Part shown: in pieces, positions 13,567 to 23,575 of the stretch
Numbering within the stretch: position 1 is the stretch's first letter
Layout: each line of letters starts with the position of its first letter
Assembly (NCBI GenBank): GCA_048772705.1
Contig: JBLWGC010000208.1
Location: forward strand, 62,001-126,000
Source: Leidyana gryllorum EB-2025a
Lineage: Eukaryota; Protista; Apicomplexa
Length of the DNA stretch: 64,000 nucleotides
Reading direction: 5' to 3'
Made by a program: the position numbers and the translations under genes
The notes under the pieces: generated by a model
Told to the model about the DNA's origin: nothing
The model's input: only the letters and a program-made list of their open reading frames with translations
Database searches by the model: none

Positions 13567-14481
13567 CTACATCTGCGCCTTCCACGCTTCACGACTCTTC
13601 TTCTTCACATCCTCCCACCAGCTGCTGACATAGTCGGGAACCTTGCCGATCTCCTTTCCGATCCGATCAGTCCATCCAGGATCTGCACTCTTGCTCACAG
13701 GAGTCACAGCCTTTTCGGCCGGACAGGCTTTGGGCGCCGGGCAGGCCGGCGGAGGCGGGAAACTGGTCAAGAACCGCAATGCAGCCTCCCATGGGTGCTG
13801 AAAGCGATCACTGTCGGGCTGAATTGATTCAAACCGAGCACAGCCTGCCAATCTGCCATCGGCGCAGAAGAAGCCCAAAAGCTTTCCTTCCAGTTGACAG
13901 TCAGGGATTGGTAATCGGTCTGCATATATGTGTTGTTCTTCAGTTATCCGACTATGGGATAGAGCATTGGCTATCTTGTTGTTCAGCGTGTCATTGTCGA
14001 GTGAGTCCGACGAGCCCCCGAGAAATCGATACCTCTTGACCTCGGTCAGCAAATCGTGGAGACCCAAGTTCACGGTCCCGAACTTCCCACTCAGATCGCC
14101 TGGTGCGCACGCCCATGGATTGGCAGCGTATATTTCAGGCGAACATTGATATCCAGGCGTCGAGTGGGTACCTCCAGGAATGGTGAAATCGGAGTTCGGG
14201 GCAAAGACTGGGGAGGTGGAACAGTTTTGTGAGTCAGAGGGGTAGAGAATTTGCCACTGAATTCCAGTCAAGTATGCGCGTCCCCCCTCCAGACACTGAA
14301 GGCCTTCAGCTAGGTATGCTGTGTCTCCCAACCTCGCTCGCAGAATCACATCACCGTCAATATAGAGAACGGAGGCTTCCAATAAGTGGCTCGATACCAC
14401 GGCTCCATATTGACATTCTGACAATGCTCCATCTATCACGGCGAGCGTGGAGCTGAGAGTCAGCCATTGTACGAGATACAT
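13567..14481 (-). CDS. Secreted Cu/Zn-SOD-fold (Cu-only SOD5-like) protein lacking metal-ligand histidines
   Basis: Signal-peptide-like N-terminus; CSPEIYAANPWACAPGDLSGKFG matches the CxxGDLSGKxG motif of Cu-only SODs; GKLLGFFCADGRLAGCARF matches the GRSIVIH...CA C-terminal strand; Pro-rich linker and Trp-rich C-terminal helix. Confidence 0.7.
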   Translation of the reverse strand: MYLVQWLTLSSTLAVIDGALSECQYGAVVSSHLLEASVLYIDGDVILRARLGDTAYLAEGLQCLEGGRAYLTGIQWQILYPSDSQNCSTSPVFAPNSDFTIPGGTHSTPGYQCSPEIYAANPWACAPGDLSGKFGTVNLGLHDLLTEVKRYRFLGGSSDSLDNDTLNNKIANALSHSRITEEQHIYADRLPIPDCQLEGKLLGFFCADGRLAGCARFESIQPDSDRFQHPWEAALRFLTSFPPPPACPAPKACPAEKAVTPVSKSADPGWTDRIGKEIGKVPDYVSSWWEDVKKKSREAWKAQM

Positions 14482-14586
14482 TCTTTATCACACTATCTAC
14501 AATCGACAATGATATTTACACCTGTCACACTTTGCTCGAAAACCCTCTCGCGCGGAGACGCGACATACTGCATGTTAGTCGCGGAC

Positions 14587-15736
14587 ATGCATCGTATTTT
14601 GGTATGGGGTTCATTGGCTTCTGTCTTGGCTGTCCAGCCCCCTGCCAGACAAAATGGTGCGTTGCAAGCGCCCGTCAGGCCGCCTGAGGCCAAGGGTTTG
14701 GCACCGGGTGTGGATTCGACCCCACCGCTCTCAGCTGCTGGACCAGTCTCGGCCGTACCTATCTCGGCCTCTCTGGAGAACGACCCCTTAGCTACCGAGC
14801 CTTGTCATTCGCGAGACTCCAAGGAGGCGTGTCTCACCGGGGATTTGTGTCAATGGCTGAGCGAGCCGGCCAACCAATGTTGGCCATTGTGTACCAAGTT
14901 CCGTCATCGAGGATTGTGTGACCGGGAACCTGGGTGCAGACACATCTATGAAGATCCTGACCGGCAACGTGCATTTGAGGAGGAGACGGGAATTTTATGC
15001 ACTCAGCAATGTGTCGCGGGCCATGCTCTGGGAGGGGGGGAAAGGATAGTGGACACTGATACATTGAAAGATATGAGTCGCTTGGACGTGCTGTCGTGCT
15101 CATTCTGCACAACGGCTCAATCCTGTGAAGCTCTGCGGACGCATACTCAGAAAGACTGTCAATTCATCAATTTCCCGTCAGTCTCAGAGCTCAAAGACAT
15201 TATCAAGCTCAAGAAGTCCATTGTCACCAATGGCGATGGGCGTTTCAGCAAAAATCTGTGCATTGATGCGTCCCTGACGGAACCCGATGACGATCTGCAC
15301 GCCATAAACTATGCTTTAGCTAGCGAACAGGTGTCCAGACAGAGTGAGAATTGACTGACGTGTGAAAAAATGATGTTTTTGAATTGCAGCACAAAGTCCG
15401 CCTGGTGGAGGTCTCATCAAAGGATGTCCCGCATCGCAATTGAGGGGAATGAACATGAGATTAGAGCCAGATCTAGATTTCATTCCTGACGGTGCTCATT
15501 ATCGGATGGTTTGCGAGCCGGGCTTCAAACTCATCAATACCCCCACCGATCTTGCGACCTGCAATGCCAACGGGCCTTCTCCGCCTCTCGTCCGCCATTG
15601 TGTTCCCGATGGTCAGCCCATTGACGATATTGATGTGGACGACGAAGACGCGACCGACATGACGCCTGCATCCGATGAACCTGCTGAGATCTCGTCCTTC
15701 GGTCCTCTTCATCGTGCAAGGCCTCGTGGGCACTGA
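14587..15736 (+). CDS. Secreted cysteine-rich protein with C-terminal Sushi/CCP-like module
   Basis: MHRILVWGSLASVLA signal-like; many Cys; intron 15344-15389 joins to CPASQL..YRMVCEPGFKL..ATCNANG..HCVP (4-Cys CCP pattern); acidic tail. Confidence 0.65.
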
Positions 15737-15757
15737 CCGACTGACTGACGGACGGGT

Positions 15758-18700
15758 TCAGCCGAACTTTTCTGGATGATAGCTGAAATTGCCGCCACAG
15801 CCATCGGTGTTCTTCATGACGTGTTCAATCGCTGCCAAATAGGCGGCTTTCGCGTCACGTTGGAAAGCGGGTGGGCCAGAGATGAAGAAACCCGCAGCAG
15901 CACCTCGGCCCAAACTCGTCATTCGACTGTGCGCAAGAATTGGCCGAAATAAAACACAAGAGTCATACCTGTCACAAATGTCAATGGCAACTTTCGCGAG
16001 ATTTGGGCGTCCGTATTGAATGTGTTGTCTCATGGGCGAATCATAAAACACATCTGGTTTCAGCCCGGCGACCAAATCGAGATCAGTAATGAAGATCTGG
16101 CACGTAAATGGGGAGCGCCCTTGTGGACTGCGTCGTGTAACTGCGTCTTCGAGCTCTGGCAGAAGAGCTTCCACCCATTGGGGAGATCTCACGACCCACA
16201 CCATATCGATAGTACTTAGTCTCATAGCTTCTGGTTGTGTGCCCACCATGTCAACTTCCCATTCGGGTACTCCAGGTATTGGGATCCCTCCCGACAGCAG
16301 GCGCGGAGTTTGACTCCATACCCGAACCATCCGAGCACTGAAAGAAGAGAGACACTGTTAGATGGCGACCATGTGAACAACTCACATGGAACAGAGGAAG
16401 GTCGCAACGAATACAAATTCTGCTGTCCCTATTCCGGGTATTCTAACTTGTTGAAAGTGACAGAAATAGCCGCCAACACTTGTCAATGAGCACACGTGAT
16501 TCCACCGAAGAGCGAACATGATGCCCCCGGCTCTGACGTCATTGAGTGCATCGGTGGCAGTTTGATTAATCAGTAACACGCTGAAAGATAACGCAATCAG
16601 AGCCCAATCTACAAGGAACCAAGTTGTTGACCCGGCTCCGACTCTATCTACTCCACGACGACGGGCACCTCTAGGGTTCCAACCGAATGCGGTATGTACA
16701 CAAACTTTGTGGCCCACGAATGCGATAAGCCGAATCCAATCCGCATACATAAAGAAAGGCTCGAGCCAGGCGCCCAAGGTTTGCAGCTCAATACTGCGGT
16801 TGACAGCCATAGCTAATCCAGCCACACCCAATGTGAATTCTGCCAATATGTAAAGATACCAACCAAATGCCCATCTCGGGCCGTATTCAATGGCCTCAGC
16901 CAACCACTGAGGCCTGCGAATGAAGAAACTTGATCCAATGTATACAGGATTCCGCTCAGTTGTCCGTGTGGGGTGATCCCCTTTCAACGGGCATTTGACA
17001 TCCAGAAACTGCTTCACGTGCGATATGAACGGCAGAATCCCACTCCCAGCCCCCAGCATGATGCTGTGGTCGAAGTGGGCGGCCTCTGTCACACCAGCGG
17101 TGAAGGGACCGGAAAGACCAAAGTCGCCCGGCCATTTGGTCAACGGGCGCACCAAATTCAGATTTCCCAACCACACTGCGCGATCAAAGTCTCCCAGACC
17201 CAAAGAATCAACAAAGCTGGGCTGGACTCGTACCTTCTTGGGATTCATGTTCCCATACGTGGCGGCCCAGGCTTGACGAATTCTCCAGAGACCAATCGCA
17301 ATGTCTTCTGCAGTGGCAGATTTCTGCCAAATATCAGCTGAGGCGTTCGTGGTCGTCTCTCCAATTTTAGCGAGAGAGACTGCGGGTTTCGTTCGGGTTC
17401 GCGAATGCTCGCGGGAAGTCCTATCAGTCGTCATCTCGAGAGACGACTCCGCTCCGACCAAATCAGGTGGAGACGTTCTCGGCGTCGTTTGCGTTCCAAC
17501 AACGCATGTCGGCGGTCTCAGCTGCACTTCTTCGTACTCCGCCCCTTGTTGAGCCCATTTGAGGTTAGATTTGCCAATCACATGAGGCGTCGAGTCTCCC
17601 GAGGGCAGACTAGTCATCGCTTCTTCCTTGTCGAGTTCGACCTTGGAGGCCGGCTGCTCGAACTCGTAATCATCATCACTGTCCGTCGCCAAGCGGGCGA
17701 ACTTGGGTTGTCCCCCACCCACTTTACTGGATCGACCTGAGGGGAAGCCTGGAGGACCGCCAGATACAGGCGTACTTGTTATATGAAGGATCGACGAGGC
17801 GTAAGATGTCCGTCCGGTGTCGATGAGGCCGTGATCACTCATTATAGAGTCAGGAGCCGGTGCCGTATGCGTAGCCGCAACCAGAAACGAGACTTTGGCA
17901 TCCTTTGAACTCTGAGGAACATCCGTGTGATTGAATGCGTGTGTCATTTTGCGAACAACCTCGGAACGGACGTCCTCTCCTTCTTGGTGATCGAAATCCT
18001 CAGAAAGATTCCGGAACGGCACATTCATCGTTGCCATGGCCAGAGCTCTCCATAACTGATCTGTCCAACCGCCCTCCGTGCAACTTATCATAAGATACAC
18101 ACATCCGGAGTCATCGGTATGGGCAATGCTGTTGGATGGAATTGAGGGACGGAGAAAACAAAGATTTCGGTACACGTAGGCCTTCACTCACCTGTAGGGA
18201 TGCCAATTTAACCATGAAACCGCAGGGACATTCAGCCAACACACCATCCCGGGCCGGCTCTTGAGATAGCCACGCGGTGCGTAGAGTTTAAGAAGTATGG
18301 TACGCGGATTAGCAATCAGCGTCAATTTGAGACAGTGAGTCCAGGTATGAGTCACCAGCACCATCAATCGGTCGAAGAAGTACAACGTGACCGGTCCTAT
18401 CATTACAGGCCACGTTTGGAGACGTTCTTTCCCCCCACGACGGTGTCGCCAGTCAATGGGGTGTAGTATGGAGAGAAGGAAAATCGCAACGAACAAATGA
18501 TGACTCCAGTAGAACCACTCATATCGTTTCCGCCTTACGGCACGGAGCGAGAAAAAGACAATGACAGTGTGGAAGAACGTAAGCAGGTAGCCTGTGATCA
18601 TGATCTCAGAGTAGAAATCGGCGCAGAAGTTGTGATCTTCGTGCCCTTGTCGATAGTATTGGCAAAGTTTCCCCCAGTTCACAAGATACATCCCAGTGAC

Positions 18701-20040
18701 GATGAGTAACTCCAACCAGCCCACCACACCGGAAATTCTACGAGCGGGTGGTGAGGCAGCAGAGTCTGTCGGCTTACTTATGAATCGTTTCGAACATGTC
18801 CAGGCACAGATACTTGCGAAGCCAAGTGTTACTTAACTTGGTCCAAGTCCAGCGACACATAGTCAAGCCGGTCATTGCGTAGCTTAGAAGGCATGACACT
18901 TTGAGGAAAACACAACAGCACTTGAATATGACTTTTGAATTAAGATTGTCAGGGTTGGTGCCCAAGTTGAAGGGCACATCTCCCTTGTCTTTGAGGGTGT
19001 TGTACTTAAACAACCAGAAATGTGTGGGTAACAACAGGTTACACACCACCCATATGGAGATCACAACGGTGGCAGCCCCATGCGAGGTGAACCTGCCCAA
19101 ATAGAGGGTGAAACCCATAATCACCCAAATGCAACTGGGTTGTGAAATAGCTTAGAACAAATCCTATACACAGAAACTTACTGTTGGAAGTATGTTCACA
19201 ACATTGGTGCACATGCGGTTTGATCCCATCTAGAAGTCTTATGGTACGAAGGACAATGGATGCTGGACTTTTCTGACACTATACTAACCCAAGAGACCCA
19301 TTTCGGTTGTTCGTATCTGGATTGCTGCAACAGCAACTGCAAACACTTCCATATTTTTTGCCCATCAGTATGTTCGAAGACGAGCCAACTGAGAGCGGAA
19401 AATGGGAGAAAGTTGCCAATGAAGGTAGGTTGCATCTCCCCAATGTCAAGAAACAGTGTTTTAGGTTTCAAGGACCCTAAAGGCGTGGTCGAATACAGAC
19501 CCTTCAATACCGGAGCTCCAAGCCCATTGGTCACAATGATCACCGTTTTCCCACCTGTGTGCTCCATGCTAGCTTTCCTGTTAAAGGTATATAACGGGAC
19601 AAGAGCAATATTCGACCTGATCTGGGACAGATTCCAGCACTTCTATTCATTGGGCCTGCTTTTCTGGTTTCGGCGTGGAGCTTAATGAGAAATGACGCTG
19701 ATAAGCAACCTCTATTCACTTCTGCTATGTAAGCTACCAAAGGGTCAATCCTTTCCGCATACAATAGTAAACAGGTGCATTGGGATGAGTGTTTTCTCTC
19801 AGTACATGCAACTGAGTGCTAAGAATAAGCGCGCAGCTTCAGTCGCCGCCTGAGGCATGACCCTCAATTTTGTAAGCCCAAGTCTGTTGTAACCATGCTC
19901 AAGTCCATGACTCACCCATTCATGCCCGACATCGTTTGCCCGAGGTGCACTGGCCTACCTGCCGTGGTCACCTTCCATGTACCCTCTTTAATGTGGCTTA
20001 AGCCTGGCGCTTTCGATTTCTTGCTGTTCTCGAACCGCAT
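15758..20040 (-). CDS. NADPH oxidase / ferric reductase family flavocytochrome, multi-exon (5' exons poorly resolved)
   Basis: MCRW, DMFETIHK, VRRKRYEWFYWSHHLF..ILH, LYFFDRL, PGMVCWLNVPAVSWLNWHPYS (FAD; intron 18129-18191), GPF..MLGAGSGILPF (NADPH), MVWVVR, FFISGPP, FSYHPEKF C-terminus. Start codon uncertain. Confidence 0.9.
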
Positions 20041-20124
20041 GTTCAATCATCTAACTCGCTCGGTCACATGGCCTGCGGATGAGACACATACTCATTCAAA
20101 GCAGTGAGAATATTCAAAGGCTAG

Positions 20125-20862
20125 TCAGACTCCACAGTCGGTGGTGATATTTGAATCGCACTCTTCTGCTATCGGATACCCGATACAGTCACGCAAGCCA
20201 CCTCTGGCCACCAGCCAACCTTGCAGAGCAAGATCTTGTTCCATGGCATCCGCCTGCTTCTCAGCGTTCGGCTGCTGCTCCGGTACCGGCAGCGCTGCAT
20301 AATCATTCTGATCATGTTTGCGCCGCCGCTTGCGTCGCGGTTTCTCGCAATGCGGCTTGTGACTGCCAGCCTGCCGCTTATGGACGAGCTTTTCGCACGA
20401 GGAACATACTACGCACTCTTCTGGATGATGCCGGGGAATGTGTTGTGCCACGTAATTGCGGTGAAAGATCCAAACTGAGCGATAAAAGTCACGCTTCGTG
20501 CCCCGCATGGCAGAACGTACCTATTTCCCCCCGACGTCGGCAGAACTCGCACAAATAGAACTTCTTTACTTTCACATTGTCGATGCGAAATTCTAGCGTG
20601 TGCCGATCAGGGCGTCTGCTGGCGTACTTCACCTCTCCTTTGATGACGCGATGCTCCGATCCCGATTTGATGGCCAGATACCAGTCATTGCCTGTCGCGA
20701 AAGAGATTGGACGTTTTCGCAATGAAACTCACCTTCGAGAAAAGGTCGGCTATCAAGATATAGATCAATCCCGCTTTGGTCCTCCTGACCCGTGAGTAAA
20801 GAATTATCCAGCGGGGTGACGTCGGATTGTGAGTAATCAGCACTCTTAATCCAAAGTGGCAT
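20125..20862 (-). CDS. Small zinc-finger protein (C2H2 + TRAF-like C2HC) with basic NLS-like stretch
   Basis: Introns ~20692-20732 and 20475-20520 give CEFC..QHIPRHH and CSSC..HKPHC, followed by PRRKRRRK. Confidence 0.65.
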
Positions 20863-20985
20863 GAAGCACACGCGTTCGCGTGTCAGTTACGTGGAAGATC
20901 TTGCCGGAGACCCCGGTTGCACCACGACTCAAAGGTGCTGCCGTGCTTCGGTTGGCACATCCCTCTAATTCGATATCTTCCCGCA

Positions 20986-21413
20986 ATGGGCTTCATCTTA
21001 CTGGGCTCTTCGCCGGGCGATATACACGGTGTGCGCAGTGAAGATGAACTCAATGCTTATCTAACCGACCACCGAGTGACATGTGCCTTACAAATAGCAC
21101 CCGAAAAATCGGAGGATGCCGCCCCCCAGCTCTTACTTTCCGACCCTGCGCTGGGTATCTTCCATCTAATTGCGCCGGCTTTGCGATCAGGTGAGCTGTC
21201 AACCTTCCGTGCCGAACAGATGCACCTGACTCATTGCCAGATGAACCCACAGCATTTATAGTGGCCAGCTTGACCGCCAACGAAATTTCTCGGGCCCACC
21301 ACGACGAACAGTACCGTGAAATGCGACGAGATGTGCTTGCTTTCCGGGCCAAGGTATTGGGTCTAGCTGCTCGAGCCCAGCAGGACGCTTCAGCTGCAAA
21401 GCAGTCCAGTTGA
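20986..21413 (+). CDS. Small hypothetical protein
   Basis: ATG 20986, 29-nt GT-AG intron 21191-21219 joining to a helical exon ending TGA 21411-21413. Confidence 0.5.
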
Positions 21414-21489
21414 ATTCACAGACCCGCCCAGTGCGGGGTTTGCATGTCTTGCAGCTTCCGTCACTAAAAGTTCCACATAATTGAAATGA

Positions 21490-23569
21490 ATGTTAGATCC
21501 AAGTTATGCGGCGCAATATCAAGAGGCGCCATCTTCGGCGCCCCCTGTGGCGACCGAAGAGGTTGCCGATGAAACTGTCTATTATTGGGATGAGGACACT
21601 CAAATGTATTATTACTGGGATGAAGATCTTCAAGCATACGTTGGTTGGATTGAGGAAGGTTACGAAGAGCCAGAGCCACAGCCACAACCACAACCTACAC
21701 CAGAACCAGCCCCTTCAATCAATCTGCCCTCCTTAGCTGTTTCCAAAGTAGCAGCTGCTGAGTTCACGAATACAACTGCCCCAATTCCCACCCTTTCAAG
21801 TCCGCGAGGGGGGAGAGTCGGGGGACACCTGCCAGAAGCGGCCCCTACGGTGCTGCTGAGCCCGCGAGGTGGCAGTCGGCAAGCCCCACAAATTGAAGCA
21901 GTCCAGAATATCTCACCTGCAGAGCTCGAGCGAATCAGGGGCTCTTTACCCCCACCATCTTTAGGACTTCCGTCGAATCGTGACCAAGCTCCGTCATCTG
22001 GAAGCTCTTACATTCCTTCTCCTGCTGCTCCCCCAGTCCCTGGGCTCAGTGCCGCAATGCTCGACGTGCTGGCACATCCTAATGATGGTGGCAGACCACA
22101 ATCGCATCCTCCGATGGTACCGACTCTGTCTCTCGGCGGTCTTACCCATGATGCTCCTTCACAGTCTTTGTGGTCCGAGCATCAGCAATATCAAGCGCAA
22201 GCACGGGCCGCACAGTCTCCATCAGCCTACCAACAACCCTATCCCGCCCCTTCAGAGGGATATAGTCATCAACAGCAGCCTTATCCTTCTCACACCGGCC
22301 AGCAGCAGGGGGTATACCAGCATTCAGCACCACCTCATCAACAGGGCGCCTATCAAATCCCAGCTGAGAATCTTTATCCCCCTCAACCTCCAAGTTCGCC
22401 ACCCACACAGCAAGCTCCACCTCAATATGGAACGGAATACCACCAGCAGAACGCTTCCTTGCAGCAACCGCCTTCTCAGTATCCTGGGGCATACCCGCCT
22501 TCTCACTACCCTGACACCCAGTATTCGCAAACCTCGGCCCCTGAGTATCATCAACCGGTGCAGGAATACCATCATCCTCAGCAACCGCAGTACCAGCAGC
22601 CACAGGAACACTCACAACAACCGATTCCTCCAGATCAGTATTACCGACCGGCTCCGCAGGCCCAATACACTCCACAACCTCAAAGCCCTCAAGCCCCCCT
22701 ACAAACACAAGATTGGAGCTCATATGCTCCGCAGTACCAACAACCCCCTCAACCGCAAAGTCAATTCCAGACACCAGCGCAACCGCAATATCAAATCCCC
22801 CAGGGTCCAACATATCCTGAGCCCCACCATGGGCACACTCAGGTCCCTCAAGAGCCACAGAGTCAGACCTATCAGCAGCCGTCCGTTGCCGATGGACAAC
22901 ACCAAGCCTGGGAAGCTTACAATGAGCGAGGCGCAACTGCTTCGCCCCATCCCCAACCCTCTAGGGCAACGTCACAGAAACAAATACGCCATCTTGAAGA
23001 AATGGCCGATGAACTGGTTCCAGAGCACAAACACAGAGACCAGTCTCGGCAAAGGGAGGAGATTGAGGACAAGTCTCAAGCACAATTATTGCGTGAGCTT
23101 GAGGCCGAGGCGAAGCAAGCCGGCCGTCGCAACACCGTCAGACGAATGACTCGGAAATTGACAGTCACTAGTAAAACACAATCTCTAGGCGACCAATTGT
23201 CGCTAATGGCGAAAGCACGTGAGGGTGCTGGAGGTAAGTCCATCACTTTGAACACTCATCACGCGGCCCACAGAGCATGTTCCTACTGTTGAGGAGATAG
23301 TAGAAAAGAACCGAAGGCGGCAGCTCAAGCAACGAGCTCGCGAGCAGGCTGGCATCTTCGCTTCTTCCTCCAGCGAAAGCTTCGATCTGGCGAAACGGAA
23401 TGACTCGTCATCAGATCCTGAGGAGGCAGCTCGTAAAGCAGCGGCCAAAGCGAAAGCATCCACCCGAATGGAAGCTCGACGATCAACCGCCAGATTCGGC
23501 ACAGCGCATTTCAAGGATCCGAGTTTGGCATCCGGATTAGAAGCCTTGTTATCTCGGAAGGTACGGTGA
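21490..23569 (+). CDS. Q/P/Y-rich low-complexity protein with N-terminal OCRE-like motif and C-terminal charged helices
   Basis: 600-aa ORF; YYWDEDTQMYYYWDEDLQAYV aromatic repeat; GTAAGT intron at ~23234 continues to TGA 23567-23569 (an alternative further exon is possible). Confidence 0.75.
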
Positions 23570-23575
23570 CCATTC

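Noticed and set aside
20866-20884. Short inverted repeats in divergent spacers (ACACGCG/CGCGTGT; also ~14558-14583 and TTGACGG/CCGTCAA ~46793-46832)
   Set aside because: 6-7 bp arms arise readily by chance and share no consensus.
21980-23149. 389-aa alternative-frame ORF and 264-aa antisense ORF as overlapping genes
   Set aside because: Expected by-products of the CAx/CCx-rich low-complexity codon usage of the Q/P/Y protein; no domain signal.
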